DNA from: Gemmatimonadota bacterium
Lineage (GTDB): Bacteria > Gemmatimonadota > Gemmatimonadetes > Gemmatimonadales > GWC2-71-9
NCBI GenBank assembly: GCA_016720805.1
Contig: JADKJZ010000002.1
Coordinates: 92,664-156,663 of the forward strand
Length of the DNA: 64,000 bases
Direction: 5' to 3'
Within the stretch, counting starts at the first letter, position 1. Each line of letters begins with the position of its first letter. Positions 17,578-27,147 of this stretch are shown here, in pieces. The translations under genes and the position numbers were made by a program. The notes below the pieces were generated by a model. That model saw only the letters and a program-made list of their open reading frames with translations, was not told where the DNA came from and searched no databases.

Positions 17578-18945
17578 ATGGTGATGCCGACGCGCGGAAT
17601 GCTCATGCTGCTCCTCGTCCTGCCGAGCTCCGGTGCGCACGCCCTCCAGCAGGCACCACTCGCGTCCCCGGCCGCACGCCAGAGCACGGCCGTGGTCACG
17701 GTCGACACTGCCACGCGCTTTCAGCGGATGAGCGGTTGGGAGGCGAACGCGCAAGCGGGGGAGGCGGAACCGGGGTTTGTCGGCTGGCAGGCGGAACTCA
17801 TGGACCTCGCGGCGAACGATCTCGGCATCAATCGCATCCGGGTGGAGCTCCGCAGCGGTGCCGAGCACCGCGTGGATCACTACGCGCAATTCCGGGCGGG
17901 CACGATGCCGGAACCCGCCTGGGAGGCCGTCCGGTATGCGTGGGTCAATGACAATGACGATCCCGCGACGATCAACCCGGACGGCTTCCACTGGACGGCA
18001 CTCGACGAGCACCTCGATGCAACGGTCGTCCCGCTGCGGGCGCGCCTCGCGGCGCGCGGCGAGACACTCTACCTCAACCTGAACTACGTCTCCTTCGGAA
18101 CCTCCACGGCGCAGCAGGACCCGGCCGAGTATGCGGAGTTGATGCTGGCGGCGTTCCAGCACATGCAGAGCCGGTACGGCTTTGTCCCCGATGCGATCGA
18201 GGTGCTCCTCGAGCCCGAGAACACCGCGTGGCGCGCACCACGCATCGGGCAGGCGATCGCGGCGGCCGGGGCGCGGCTGGCCGCGGCAGGCTTCCACCCC
18301 GACTTCATCGCGCCGTCGGTGATGGACATGGCGAACGCCGTCCCGTTTCTCGATGAGATCGTCCAGGTGCCCGGGGCGCTGACCTACCTCAAGGAGATCG
18401 CCTACCATCGCTATGGTGGCGTCTCCGATTCCAACCTCGCGGCGATCCATGCACGTGCGGTGCAGTACGGGCTGCGGACGTCGATGCTGGAACACATCGG
18501 CAGTGATGCCGAGGATCTGTACAAGGACCTCACCATCGCCCAGGTCTCGGCCTGGCAGCAGTACACCCTCGCCTACCCGACCACCGACAACGGGGCGCAG
18601 TACTACTACATCAAGAACGGACGCCCGGTCGCGGGCCAACGCACCGAGGCCCTGCGCCAATATTTTCGCCACGTGCGGGCCGGGGCGTTTCGAGTGGGGG
18701 CCGCCAGCGACACCCCGCGTGTCCGACCCGTGGCGTTCACGAATCCGGACGGTCGGGTCGTCGTCGTGCTGCACCTGGAGCGCAGCGAAGTGCTCACCCT
18801 GAAGGGGCTGCCGGCGGGTCGCTACTACGTCGTTGCCGTGCCGGCCACCGCCGGCCTGGTCTACGCGACGGATATTCCGACCGGGGGGGACTTCGTCTTC
18901 GCGATGGGACTCCCCAGCATCGTCACGGTCTACCAAGTGCCATGA
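17578..18945 (+). CDS. Secreted GH30-like glycosidase-fold protein (paralogue of the C-terminal domain of 11625-15395)
   Basis: ATG at 17578 is preceded by GGGAGGG. Signal MVMPTRGMLMLLLVLPSSGAHA. 51 of 72 residues were identical to the other paralogue over the first stretch I counted. Same landmarks: EVLLEPEN, FIAPSVMD, IAYHRYGG, SMLEH. Confidence 0.8.
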   Translation: MVMPTRGMLMLLLVLPSSGAHALQQAPLASPAARQSTAVVTVDTATRFQRMSGWEANAQAGEAEPGFVGWQAELMDLAANDLGINRIRVELRSGAEHRVDHYAQFRAGTMPEPAWEAVRYAWVNDNDDPATINPDGFHWTALDEHLDATVVPLRARLAARGETLYLNLNYVSFGTSTAQQDPAEYAELMLAAFQHMQSRYGFVPDAIEVLLEPENTAWRAPRIGQAIAAAGARLAAAGFHPDFIAPSVMDMANAVPFLDEIVQVPGALTYLKEIAYHRYGGVSDSNLAAIHARAVQYGLRTSMLEHIGSDAEDLYKDLTIAQVSAWQQYTLAYPTTDNGAQYYYIKNGRPVAGQRTEALRQYFRHVRAGAFRVGAASDTPRVRPVAFTNPDGRVVVVLHLERSEVLTLKGLPAGRYYVVAVPATAGLVYATDIPTGGDFVFAMGLPSIVTVYQVP

Positions 18946-19051
18946 CGCCCTCCCCGGAGCCCACCGGGGGGAGTACCTTGGGCGTTGTGGCACCCCACGT
19001 GCATCATCAACACCCAGAACTCAGCCTGCCCCGCCGTTGCCGGAGGATTGC

Positions 19052-19945
19052 GTGATCGAAGAGATCGTCGGGGATGCGTCTGCCGCTCTCCCCCGAGCCG
19101 TGAGTGTGGTGATCCCTGCCTTCAACGAGGGCGCCCATGTTGCCGACCAGGTGCGGGCCGTCCAGGCCACGATGGCGACGAGCGGGTGGGAGTACGAGAT
19201 CATCGTGGTCGACGACGGTTCGCGCGATCATACCGCCACCGAGGCCGACGCCACCGGCGCGCGGGTGCTTCGACGGGCCATGAACCGCGGCTACGGCGCG
19301 GCGCTCAAGGTGGGGATTCGGCGGGCACGCTTCGACTGGATTCTGATCACCGATGCCGACGGGACCTACCCGGTGGAGTCCATTCCGGAACTGCTGGCCC
19401 GCGCCGAGCACAACGCAATGGTGGTCGGCGCGCGGCTCGGCAAGTCGGTCCAGATTCCGCTGATTCGCCGGCCGCCGAAGTGGTTCCTGAACCGCCTGGC
19501 GAGTTACCTCGCCGGCCAACGGCTCCCCGACATCAACTCCGGCCTCCGCCTGATGCGGAAGTCGCTGGTCGAGCGCTACGAGTACCTCCTCCCCGACGGC
19601 TTCTCCTTCACCACGACGATCACGCTCGCCGCCGCCTGCAACGGGCACCCCTTCGAGTACATCCCGATCAACTATCACGCACGACTCGGCGAGTCGAAGA
19701 TCCGCGCGCGTCATGCCTACGACTTCACCCTGCTGATTCTGCGGATCATCGTCGTCTTCAATCCGCTCAAGGTGTTCATCCCGGTGGGCGCGATCCTCGC
19801 GGCCCTGGGGCTGGCGAAGTTCGGCTACGACATCACCAAGGACAACCTCTCCGAAAGCGCGGTGCTCGGACTGATCGGGGCGCTGGTCGTCTGGGCGGTC
19901 GGGCTCCTCGCCGACCAGAACACGCGATTCGCCAGCCGCCGTTGA
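19052..19945 (+). CDS. GT2 glycosyltransferase of polyprenyl-phosphate sugar synthase type (DPM1/ArnC/GtrB-like)
   Basis: GTG at 19052 follows GGAGGA. VSVVIPAFNEG...EIIVVDDGSRDHT...ITDADGTYP (DxD-type). Two C-terminal TM helices (LLILRIIVVFNPLKVFIPVGAILAALGL and AVLGLIGALVVWAVGLLA). Confidence 0.8.
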   Translation: MIEEIVGDASAALPRAVSVVIPAFNEGAHVADQVRAVQATMATSGWEYEIIVVDDGSRDHTATEADATGARVLRRAMNRGYGAALKVGIRRARFDWILITDADGTYPVESIPELLARAEHNAMVVGARLGKSVQIPLIRRPPKWFLNRLASYLAGQRLPDINSGLRLMRKSLVERYEYLLPDGFSFTTTITLAAACNGHPFEYIPINYHARLGESKIRARHAYDFTLLILRIIVVFNPLKVFIPVGAILAALGLAKFGYDITKDNLSESAVLGLIGALVVWAVGLLADQNTRFASRR

Positions 19946-20910
19946 AGCCCTGGCTCAAGGCGACCATCAGCGTCGCGCTGCTTGCCCTGCTCCTCGTGCT
20001 GTTGCCGTGGGGACAAGTGCGCGATGCGATCGGTCGACTGCCACCGCGCGTCTGGGCCGGCGTCGCGGCCGGATTCATCCTCGGCCACGCGCTCGGGATC
20101 TTCAAGTGGCGGCTCTTCGTCAATGCGGCCGGTGCGGGACTCACCCGGATCGACGCGACGCTCTGCTATGCCGCTGGTCTCTTCGCCAACCTCTGCCTGC
20201 CCAGCATCGTCGGCGGTGACGTGTTGCGGATCGCCCTCGCGGGGCGACTGACCAAGCGGCCCGAGGCCGCGTTGTGGGGCGGCATCATGGATCGCCTCAC
20301 CGACATGCTGGCGTTGGCGCTGCTGGTGACCGGTGGGGCGTTGATGGCCCGCACGCAGCTCGACGGCTGGACCGGCGAGGTGCTCGGCATCACGCTCATG
20401 GTCGGGGTCGGGCTGGTGGTGCTCGCCCTGCCGCTCACCCTGCGGCGGCCGCTCGCGCGCTGGCCGCGCCGATTGCGGCGCCCGGTCGGTCGCGGGCTGG
20501 TCGGGCTTCGCCAGCTCCGGCGGCGGCCAGGGACCGCGCTCCTCGGGCTCTCCCTCTCGCTGCTGATCCAGGGCAGCTTCGTGCTCCTCAACGCCTGGCT
20601 CGGGCGGAATGTCGGGATCCACGTCGGCCTGGCCGTCTGGTTCCTCGTCTGGCCGCTGGCGAAGATCGCGTCGCTCATGCCGATCTCGCTGGGTGGTCTC
20701 GCCGTGCGCGAGGCCAGTCTGGCCGCCCTGCTGGTGCCCTTCGGGGTACCGGTCGCGTACAGTGTCGTCTGCTCACTGCTGTGGCAATCCGTCCTGATCG
20801 TCGGGGGTCTCTTCGGCGGGCTGGTATGGCTTGTGCTCCATCGTTCGCGTCGCATCAGCTTCGGCGTGAGCCATGGGAACATCAGCGTGACGGAGACGAA
20901 GGGGGAGTAG
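19942..20910 (+). CDS. UPF0104 / LPG_synthase_TM (MprF-flippase-like) integral membrane protein
   Basis: TTG start overlaps the GT2 stop (TTGA at 19942-19945). About 320 aa and multi-TM. Family-like LPSIVGGDVLRI and PISLGGLAVREASL motifs. Confidence 0.7.
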   Translation: MKPWLKATISVALLALLLVLLPWGQVRDAIGRLPPRVWAGVAAGFILGHALGIFKWRLFVNAAGAGLTRIDATLCYAAGLFANLCLPSIVGGDVLRIALAGRLTKRPEAALWGGIMDRLTDMLALALLVTGGALMARTQLDGWTGEVLGITLMVGVGLVVLALPLTLRRPLARWPRRLRRPVGRGLVGLRQLRRRPGTALLGLSLSLLIQGSFVLLNAWLGRNVGIHVGLAVWFLVWPLAKIASLMPISLGGLAVREASLAALLVPFGVPVAYSVVCSLLWQSVLIVGGLFGGLVWLVLHRSRRISFGVSHGNISVTETKGE

Positions 20911-22337
20911 TGAGCGCAGGGGCACATCGGGTGGTCATTCTCGGGGCCGGGCCGGCAGGGGTCGGCGCGGCCTATCGTCTGCGGCAGGATGCCCGAGCCG
21001 AGGTGACGGTGCTCGAGCAGCACGACGTGCCAGGTGGAAACGCCGGCAGCTTCGAGTTTGGCGGCATGCGCGTCGACTTCGGCAGCCACCGCTTGCACCC
21101 GGCCTGCGATCCCGAGATTCTGGCCGACATTCGCGGCTTTTTGGGCGATGACCTCCGTGACCGTCCGCGCCATGGTCGGATCGGCCTGCGCGGCCGGTGG
21201 ATCCATTTCCCGTTGAAGCCGATCGACCTGCTGGTCCGCCTCGACCCGGGCTTCGCGCTCGGGACGCTGCGCGACATGATCAGCAAGCCGTTCCGCGCGG
21301 CGCCCGCGGGCGACAGCTTCGGCGACGTGCTGATGGCCAATCTCGGTCCGACCATCTGCGAGTCGTTCTACTTCCCCTATGCGCGCAAGATCTGGGGTCG
21401 CGAGCCGACGGCGCTCTCCGGGATCCAGGCGCGTCGGCGAGTCTCCGCGGGTTCGTTCCTGAAGCTCGCGCGCAAGGTGCTCTCCGCCGTGCCGGGGCTC
21501 AAGCCACCGGGGGCGGGGCGTTTCTTCTATCCCGCGAAGGGCTTCGGACAGATCACCGAGGCGTATGCCTCCGCCGCGACGACGCTCGGGGCGGATCTGC
21601 GATACGGCCGCCGGGTGACTCGACTGGTCCCCCCTGCCACGGACACGGATCCGTGGGTGATCGAGATGACCTCCGATCAGGGCGCGGAGCGCATCGAGGC
21701 AGATCAGTTGTGGTCGACGATTCCGGTTGCGCTGCTGGCGCGCCTGATCGGCACCGGTGTGCCCGAGACGGTCCACGAGGCCGCCGCGAAGCTCGAATCC
21801 CGGGCGATGTTGCTCATCTACCTCTCGCTGCCGGTGCCGTCGTTCACTGAATACGACGCGCACTACTTTCCGGGCGCGAATATCCGGATCACGCGGCTGT
21901 CCGAGCCGAAGAACTATCCCGGCCTCGGACAACCCCCGGAGCGCACTGTGCTCTGCGCCGAGCTCCCGTGCGGTCCCGGCGATCCGTGGTGGACCATGGA
22001 TGACGCCGCGCTGGGTGCCCTGGTCGCCGAGGACCTCGCGACGGCAGGTGTTCCGCTGCCCGTTGCGCCGACCGCCGTGCTCGTCCGCCGTCTCCCGCAG
22101 GCCTACCCGGTCTACACCACCGGCTACGAGCGGTGGTTCGGCATCCTCGATCAGTGGGTGGAGAGTCTCCCGCGGCTGTTGAGCTACGGTCGGCAGGGGC
22201 TGTTCGCGCACGACAACACTCACCACGCGCTGGCGATGGCGTACGCTGCCTCGGACTGTCTGGATCCGGATGGCTTCGATCAAGTCCGCTGGCGTGCGCA
22301 TCGGGCGATCTTCGACACGCACGTCGTCGAGGATTGA
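20910..22337 (+). CDS. FAD/NAD(P)-binding oxidoreductase (amine-oxidase / protoporphyrinogen-oxidase / UDP-galactopyranose-mutase-like)
   Basis: GTG at 20910 overlaps the preceding TAG by 1 nt and follows GGGGGAG. Dinucleotide fold VVILGAGPAGVGAAYRL...VTVLEQHDVPGGN. C-terminal GRQGLFAHDNTHHALAMA motif. Confidence 0.75.
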   Translation: MSAGAHRVVILGAGPAGVGAAYRLRQDARAEVTVLEQHDVPGGNAGSFEFGGMRVDFGSHRLHPACDPEILADIRGFLGDDLRDRPRHGRIGLRGRWIHFPLKPIDLLVRLDPGFALGTLRDMISKPFRAAPAGDSFGDVLMANLGPTICESFYFPYARKIWGREPTALSGIQARRRVSAGSFLKLARKVLSAVPGLKPPGAGRFFYPAKGFGQITEAYASAATTLGADLRYGRRVTRLVPPATDTDPWVIEMTSDQGAERIEADQLWSTIPVALLARLIGTGVPETVHEAAAKLESRAMLLIYLSLPVPSFTEYDAHYFPGANIRITRLSEPKNYPGLGQPPERTVLCAELPCGPGDPWWTMDDAALGALVAEDLATAGVPLPVAPTAVLVRRLPQAYPVYTTGYERWFGILDQWVESLPRLLSYGRQGLFAHDNTHHALAMAYAASDCLDPDGFDQVRWRAHRAIFDTHVVED

Positions 22338-23866
22338 TGCCCGGCCGTGCACGCATGGCCCGTCGGGCACTCGTACGGGTGGCCAGTCCCGCCGCTGTCC
22401 TCTTCGGGATCGGCATGCTCGCCGCGTTCGGTCACAGCCCCGGAATCGCGTCGCAACGCATCATACCGTCGGAGGAGCGGACGGTCCTGGTCGGCGCAAC
22501 GCTGATCGACGGCAATGGCGGCGCCCCGATGGCTGGTGCCCGAATCGTCATTCAGCACGGGCTGTTCGCCTGCGTCTCCGGCCCGGCGGGGTGCCCGAGC
22601 CGTCCCGGCGACCATGAACTCGATCTGGCCGGGCAGTGGATCACGCCGGGGCTGATCGACACCCATGTCCACCTCCCCTTCGCGGGCCCGCTCTCCGGGT
22701 TGATGCGAGCGCAACGGCTTCGTTTCGCGCTCGGCATCACGACGGTGCGCGACGCGGGCTCACGGTCCACCAACGAACTGCTCGCCGCTCGGACGCTGGC
22801 GGAGCATGCGACATCGCCGATCCCACGGATCGTCGTCGCTTCGCGCGTCGAGGAAGCCGACGCCACGCGCTTGCAGGTGCCGCTTGGGGCACCCGTGGTC
22901 GAGCGATTGGCGGCACTCGGTGTCGAGGCGATCAAGATCAAGCCGCCATTCGACCACGAGATCTGGCGCGAGGAGATACGTGCCGCACGCCGTGCCGGTA
23001 TTCCCGCGTTCGGGCACACCTGGGCGGGGCAGACGGAGGACTTCACCCGCGACGCCATCGCGGAAGGGATCAGCGGCATCAGCCATATCATGGGATTGGT
23101 GCTCGCCGTGCAACCGGCCGGCGCGAAGTTGATCCCGCCGGGGTCGGAGGATGCCTTCTGGCAATGGGAGAAGGCGCTCTGGCTCACCATCGATTCCGCC
23201 CGGGTCGATACCCTGTTCCGCGAGATGATCGCCGCCAACGTCTGGCTCGAACCGACACTGGCGAGCGAGTATCACTTCGGGAGGCCGCTCCTGCCGCCCC
23301 GTCAGACGGAGTTTCTCGATGCGGCGCCGAGCCTGCGTGCGCTGCTGCTGGGCGGAGGCCCGACCGGGTTGCGTCCCGCGCCGGTCTTTCCGGAAGCGTG
23401 GCCGCGGCAGGCGGCGTTCGTGCGCGAATTCGTCCGGCGGGGCGGGATCGTGGTGGCCGGCTCGGATGGGCTCGCGCCGGGCATCGACCTCCACGAGGAG
23501 ATCGCCCTGATTGGCGAGGCGACCGGCTCGCCGATGATCGGACTTCAGGCCGCGACCCGGAATGCCGCGATGGCCCTCAATCACCCTGAGGTCGGGACGA
23601 TCGTGTTGGGGCAAGTCGGGGATGCGGTGATCTATCCGCGGGACCCGCTGGAGACGTCCGGCGGGACCCTCCTGCCCAACCGGGTAATCAAGGGAGGCGT
23701 GTTCTTCGACGGCGATTCGCTGCGCGCGGAATTTCGCGAAGAGTACGACGACCGAGTGCAACTGGCGTGGCGCTCCCGTGGGTGGCGCCTGGCGCAGTGG
23801 AGCGCAGGGATCATCGCGCTGCTCAGTGTGCTCTACCTGCCGCTTCGGGTCTTTCGCCAGCGCTGA
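22337..23866 (+). CDS. Amidohydrolase-superfamily metallohydrolase, membrane-anchored
   Basis: ATG overlaps the preceding TGA (TGATG). N-terminal hydrophobic segment, HxH motif LIDTHVHLP, later GSD and a distal His. C-terminal TM AGIIALLSVLYLPL. Confidence 0.75.
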   Translation: MPGRARMARRALVRVASPAAVLFGIGMLAAFGHSPGIASQRIIPSEERTVLVGATLIDGNGGAPMAGARIVIQHGLFACVSGPAGCPSRPGDHELDLAGQWITPGLIDTHVHLPFAGPLSGLMRAQRLRFALGITTVRDAGSRSTNELLAARTLAEHATSPIPRIVVASRVEEADATRLQVPLGAPVVERLAALGVEAIKIKPPFDHEIWREEIRAARRAGIPAFGHTWAGQTEDFTRDAIAEGISGISHIMGLVLAVQPAGAKLIPPGSEDAFWQWEKALWLTIDSARVDTLFREMIAANVWLEPTLASEYHFGRPLLPPRQTEFLDAAPSLRALLLGGGPTGLRPAPVFPEAWPRQAAFVREFVRRGGIVVAGSDGLAPGIDLHEEIALIGEATGSPMIGLQAATRNAAMALNHPEVGTIVLGQVGDAVIYPRDPLETSGGTLLPNRVIKGGVFFDGDSLRAEFREEYDDRVQLAWRSRGWRLAQWSAGIIALLSVLYLPLRVFRQR

Positions 23867-23890
23867 TCGCTGAGGCAATTGCAGGCGGTA

Positions 23891-25117
23891 TCACTCACGC
23901 ACGAGGGGCGCTGCGTCGGAGGAGAGCCTCGGTCCGGTGTCCGCGCCGGCCGGCGGCAGTTCCGGCGCATCGTAGGTCGGCACCGGCGTCCCGAGCACCA
24001 GTCCGGGAAGGATCGTGTTCAGCAGCGTGTAGACGATCAGTGCGCCGAAGAGCGTCGAGGGCAGTGCGAACTGGTCGCGCAGGATTCCCGCAAGCACGAG
24101 CGTGAAAACCAGTGTCGGCAGCATCGGCACCGCAACGCGGATGCTTCGCCGCGCGGTCTCGCCGAGGGCCGCGCGTCGGTGGAGCATGACGGCCCCCATC
24201 CGAATCGGCAGCACGACCACGGCCAGCCCCACGCCATACAGCAGCGCCTCGAGGGTGAAATCCTCGGCGCGCATCCGCGTCCCGGCCACGAAGAAGTAGA
24301 ACGGGGCGAAGAAGGAGGCGAAGACCTCCACCGCGTGCAGCATCCGCTCGGAGGCCATTGCCGGCAACGCCTCGCGAAAGCGCCGCGCGGCGATGCCCAC
24401 CACGAACGCGCCGACGAGGTAGTACACGCCGAGGGCGCGCGTCGCGTACGCCACCACGACCGCCATCATCAGCAGGAAGGCGAACTCCGACTTCGGGGCC
24501 CAGGGGGCGATCCGCACCGCAAAGAGGCGGAAGATCGGCGGCAGGATCGCGATGAGGCTACCGAGCGCGAGTGTCGCCAGGCCGAAGCGGGCCACGCTAG
24601 TGGACTGCAGCACGACGAAAAGCAGGACCAGCGCCAGGATCTCGGTCGCGATCGCCTTTCCCTTGACCCAGAACTGCTCGTCGGCATCGAGCCCGAAGGA
24701 GGGCAGCGAATCGAGGATGAAGCCGGTCGACGGAATCAGGATCGCGATGGCGAAGAGGATTCCGGGCCGTGGATCAAGCGAAAAGGCGTGCGTGGCGATG
24801 AACGCCACCAACGCGATGAGCCCGACCCGAATGGCGAGGTGCTGGCCGAGGATCACCGCGTGCCGACGCAGCGCGAGCAGGTCGACTTCGAGTCCGGCAA
24901 AGAGGAAGAGCGCAACGATGCCGAAGGACGCCAGCAGGTGCAATGTCTCGTTGTGGTCGAAGAGGTCGAAGCCGATTGCGGCCGCCGTGCCGAGCCCGAA
25001 ACTGGTGACCGCGGTGGGGATCCGCCACCGCAACAGCACGCGTGGCACCACGAACAATCCGAACAACAGGACGACGTAGCCGAGCTCCGAGTCGAACAGG
25101 GTACGAAGGGCGTCCAT
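23891..25117 (-). CDS. Cation:proton antiporter (CPA / Na+/H+ exchanger family)
   Basis: Trimmed to MDALRTLFDSELGYVVLLFGLFVVPRVL... About 408 aa and multi-TM, with a typical Na_H_Exchanger profile. Confidence 0.75.
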   Translation of the reverse strand: MDALRTLFDSELGYVVLLFGLFVVPRVLLRWRIPTAVTSFGLGTAAAIGFDLFDHNETLHLLASFGIVALFLFAGLEVDLLALRRHAVILGQHLAIRVGLIALVAFIATHAFSLDPRPGILFAIAILIPSTGFILDSLPSFGLDADEQFWVKGKAIATEILALVLLFVVLQSTSVARFGLATLALGSLIAILPPIFRLFAVRIAPWAPKSEFAFLLMMAVVVAYATRALGVYYLVGAFVVGIAARRFREALPAMASERMLHAVEVFASFFAPFYFFVAGTRMRAEDFTLEALLYGVGLAVVVLPIRMGAVMLHRRAALGETARRSIRVAVPMLPTLVFTLVLAGILRDQFALPSTLFGALIVYTLLNTILPGLVLGTPVPTYDAPELPPAGADTGPRLSSDAAPLVRE

Positions 25118-25287
25118 GGCGATGTCCGGTCGGAGGATGATGCACGGCACCGGGATGGGTACCACGCGGGGGCAGCCAGCAGAATAGCAGGTGTTACCCG
25201 CCACCGGAGTCCTGCGATCCAGTTGCCCCAGCCCGGCCGCTCGCCTACCATTTTTGACGCAGTCCACCCCCACCCCTGGAAGTCGCC

Positions 25288-27060
25288 ATGCGTCGTGCCG
25301 CTCTCTCCATTGCCAGCGCCCTGCTCCTCGCCGCGCCGTCGCTGTCGGCGCAGCAGCCCACCTTCCCAACCAACGATGCGGTGCTCAAGCGCATCTGGGC
25401 CGTCGGCATGGACAGCTCGAAGCTCGAGCCGCTCGCCGTGGCCCTCTTCGACTCCATCGGCCCGCGCCTCACCGGCAGCCCAGGCATCAAGGCCGCCAGC
25501 AACTGGGCCATCGCCCAGTACAAGTCGTGGGGGATCGACGCCAAACAGGATGTCTACGGCACCTGGCGCGGCTGGCGGCGTGGCGTGTCGCACATCGACC
25601 TGGTCGCACCGCGCGTGCGCTCGCTCGAAGGGACGATGCTGGCATGGAGCCCCGGGACCGGGGTCAAGCCGGTGCGCGCCGAGGTGATCACGCTGCCGAA
25701 GTTTGCCGACAGCACCGAGTTCGTGAAGTGGCTGCCGCAGGCACGCGGGAAGATCGTGATGCTCTCGCCGGCGTGGCCGACCTGCCGCCCGTCGGAGGAC
25801 TGGCTCCGCTTCGGGACGGTGGCGTCGAAGGCGCGGCTCGACACGATGGTGACGGCAATGCAGCGGGAGTGGGCGGTGGACCCCGACAGCAGCAAGCTCT
25901 ACCGCGGCACCGGCAAGTCGATGGGCCTCGGCACCGGCACCCTCGGCATGCGGCTGGAGCAGGCCGGCGTCGTCGGGATGGTGACGTCGCGCAACAAGCT
26001 GAGCGGCTTCGGGTTGCCGCCGGCCGGCCCCGGTCGTGGCGGCGCCGGGGGTCGTGGCGGCGCGGGCGGCGGTGGCGGTGCGCCCGCTGGCGCGGATGGC
26101 AGCATGCGAGGTGGCGGTGCAGCGGCCTCCTTGAGCGCGGGGATTCCGGCCGCGCTCGGCAGCGGCGGCTGGGGTTCGATCGAAATCTTCGAGACCTACA
26201 ACAAGATCGCGCCGGCCGTGACCCTCTCGTGCGAGGACTATGCACTGGTCTGGCGGCTCGCCGAGAGCGGGATGAAGCCGAGGATGCGGATCGAGGCTGA
26301 CGCGACGCTGCTCGGTGAAGTGCCGGCCTTCAACACCATCGCGACGATCCGCGGGACCGAGAAGCCGGATGAGTATGTCATCCTCTCGGCACACTTCGAT
26401 TCGTGGGATGGCTCGTCCGGCGCGACCGACAACGGCACCGGCACGCTGATGTCGATGGAAGCGATGCGGATCCTGAAGAAGGTGTATCCGAATCCGAAGC
26501 GGACGATCATCGTCGGCCACTGGGCCAGCGAGGAGCAGGGACTCAACGGCTCGCGCGCCTTCGCGAAGGACCATCCCGAGGTGATGAAGGGGCTGCAGGC
26601 GCTCTTCAACCAGGACAACGGCACCGGGCGCGTCACCGGGCTGTCGGCGGCCGGCGTGACCAACATCGGGCCGCACCTGAAGGAGTGGTACAGCAAGCTG
26701 CCGTCGTTCTTCACCGACAGCATGAGCCAGAACGCCGTCTCGTGGAGTTTCCGCGACGTGCCGACCGGGAACCCGGGCGGGACCGACGGTGCGGTGTTCG
26801 CCTGTTACGGCACGCCGTCGATCGGGATGAACGCGGTGGGGTGGAACTACGGCGCCTACACCTGGCACACCAACCGCGACACCTACGACAAGGTTGTCTT
26901 CGACGATCTCAAGCACAACGCGACGCTGGCGGCGATGATGGCGTATCTGGCGTCGGAAGACCCGACCTTCATTGATCGCACCAAGTCGCCGGGGACGTGG
27001 CCGGCCGACTGGCCCGCCAACTGCGGCGACGCGCCGCGGAAGACGAAGCCGCGGTACTAG
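25288..27060 (+). CDS. M28-family aminopeptidase with PA-like insert, secreted
   Basis: 590 aa. Signal MRRAALSIASALLLAAPSLSAQQ. Zn-ligand context ILSAHFDSWDGSSGATDNGTG, HWASEEQGLNGS and a C-terminal WHTNRD. Gly-rich insertion at aa ~241-295. Confidence 0.85.
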   Translation: MRRAALSIASALLLAAPSLSAQQPTFPTNDAVLKRIWAVGMDSSKLEPLAVALFDSIGPRLTGSPGIKAASNWAIAQYKSWGIDAKQDVYGTWRGWRRGVSHIDLVAPRVRSLEGTMLAWSPGTGVKPVRAEVITLPKFADSTEFVKWLPQARGKIVMLSPAWPTCRPSEDWLRFGTVASKARLDTMVTAMQREWAVDPDSSKLYRGTGKSMGLGTGTLGMRLEQAGVVGMVTSRNKLSGFGLPPAGPGRGGAGGRGGAGGGGGAPAGADGSMRGGGAAASLSAGIPAALGSGGWGSIEIFETYNKIAPAVTLSCEDYALVWRLAESGMKPRMRIEADATLLGEVPAFNTIATIRGTEKPDEYVILSAHFDSWDGSSGATDNGTGTLMSMEAMRILKKVYPNPKRTIIVGHWASEEQGLNGSRAFAKDHPEVMKGLQALFNQDNGTGRVTGLSAAGVTNIGPHLKEWYSKLPSFFTDSMSQNAVSWSFRDVPTGNPGGTDGAVFACYGTPSIGMNAVGWNYGAYTWHTNRDTYDKVVFDDLKHNATLAAMMAYLASEDPTFIDRTKSPGTWPADWPANCGDAPRKTKPRY

Positions 27061-27085
27061 GCTCGGCAGGGTCGTACGCAGGACC

Positions 27086-27138
27086 AACATGCATGCTGCC
27101 GGCATCCCGCGGATCGGGAAGCCGGCAGCATGCATGTT
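27086..27138. terminator. Bidirectional hairpin between convergent genes
   Basis: Perfect 18-bp inverted repeat: aacatgcatgctgccggc (27086-27103) and gccggcagcatgcatgtt (27121-27138), with a 17-nt loop that is itself partly self-complementary. Confidence 0.6.
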
Positions 27139-27147
27139 CTGGGGTCG

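Noticed and set aside
18950-18975. ctccccgg…ccgggggag hairpin between the GH30-like gene and the GT2 gene, as an internal terminator.
   Set aside because: The stem is short and imperfect with no U-tract. The downstream genes are translationally coupled and lack an obvious separate promoter. I could not support it beyond a possible weak attenuator.
23891-25369. Upstream 84 codons of the antiporter ORF (MGRWAAAPTATARRG…).
   Set aside because: This extension is Arg/Gly/Ala-rich and non-membrane. The credible transporter sequence starts at MDALRTLF (25117).
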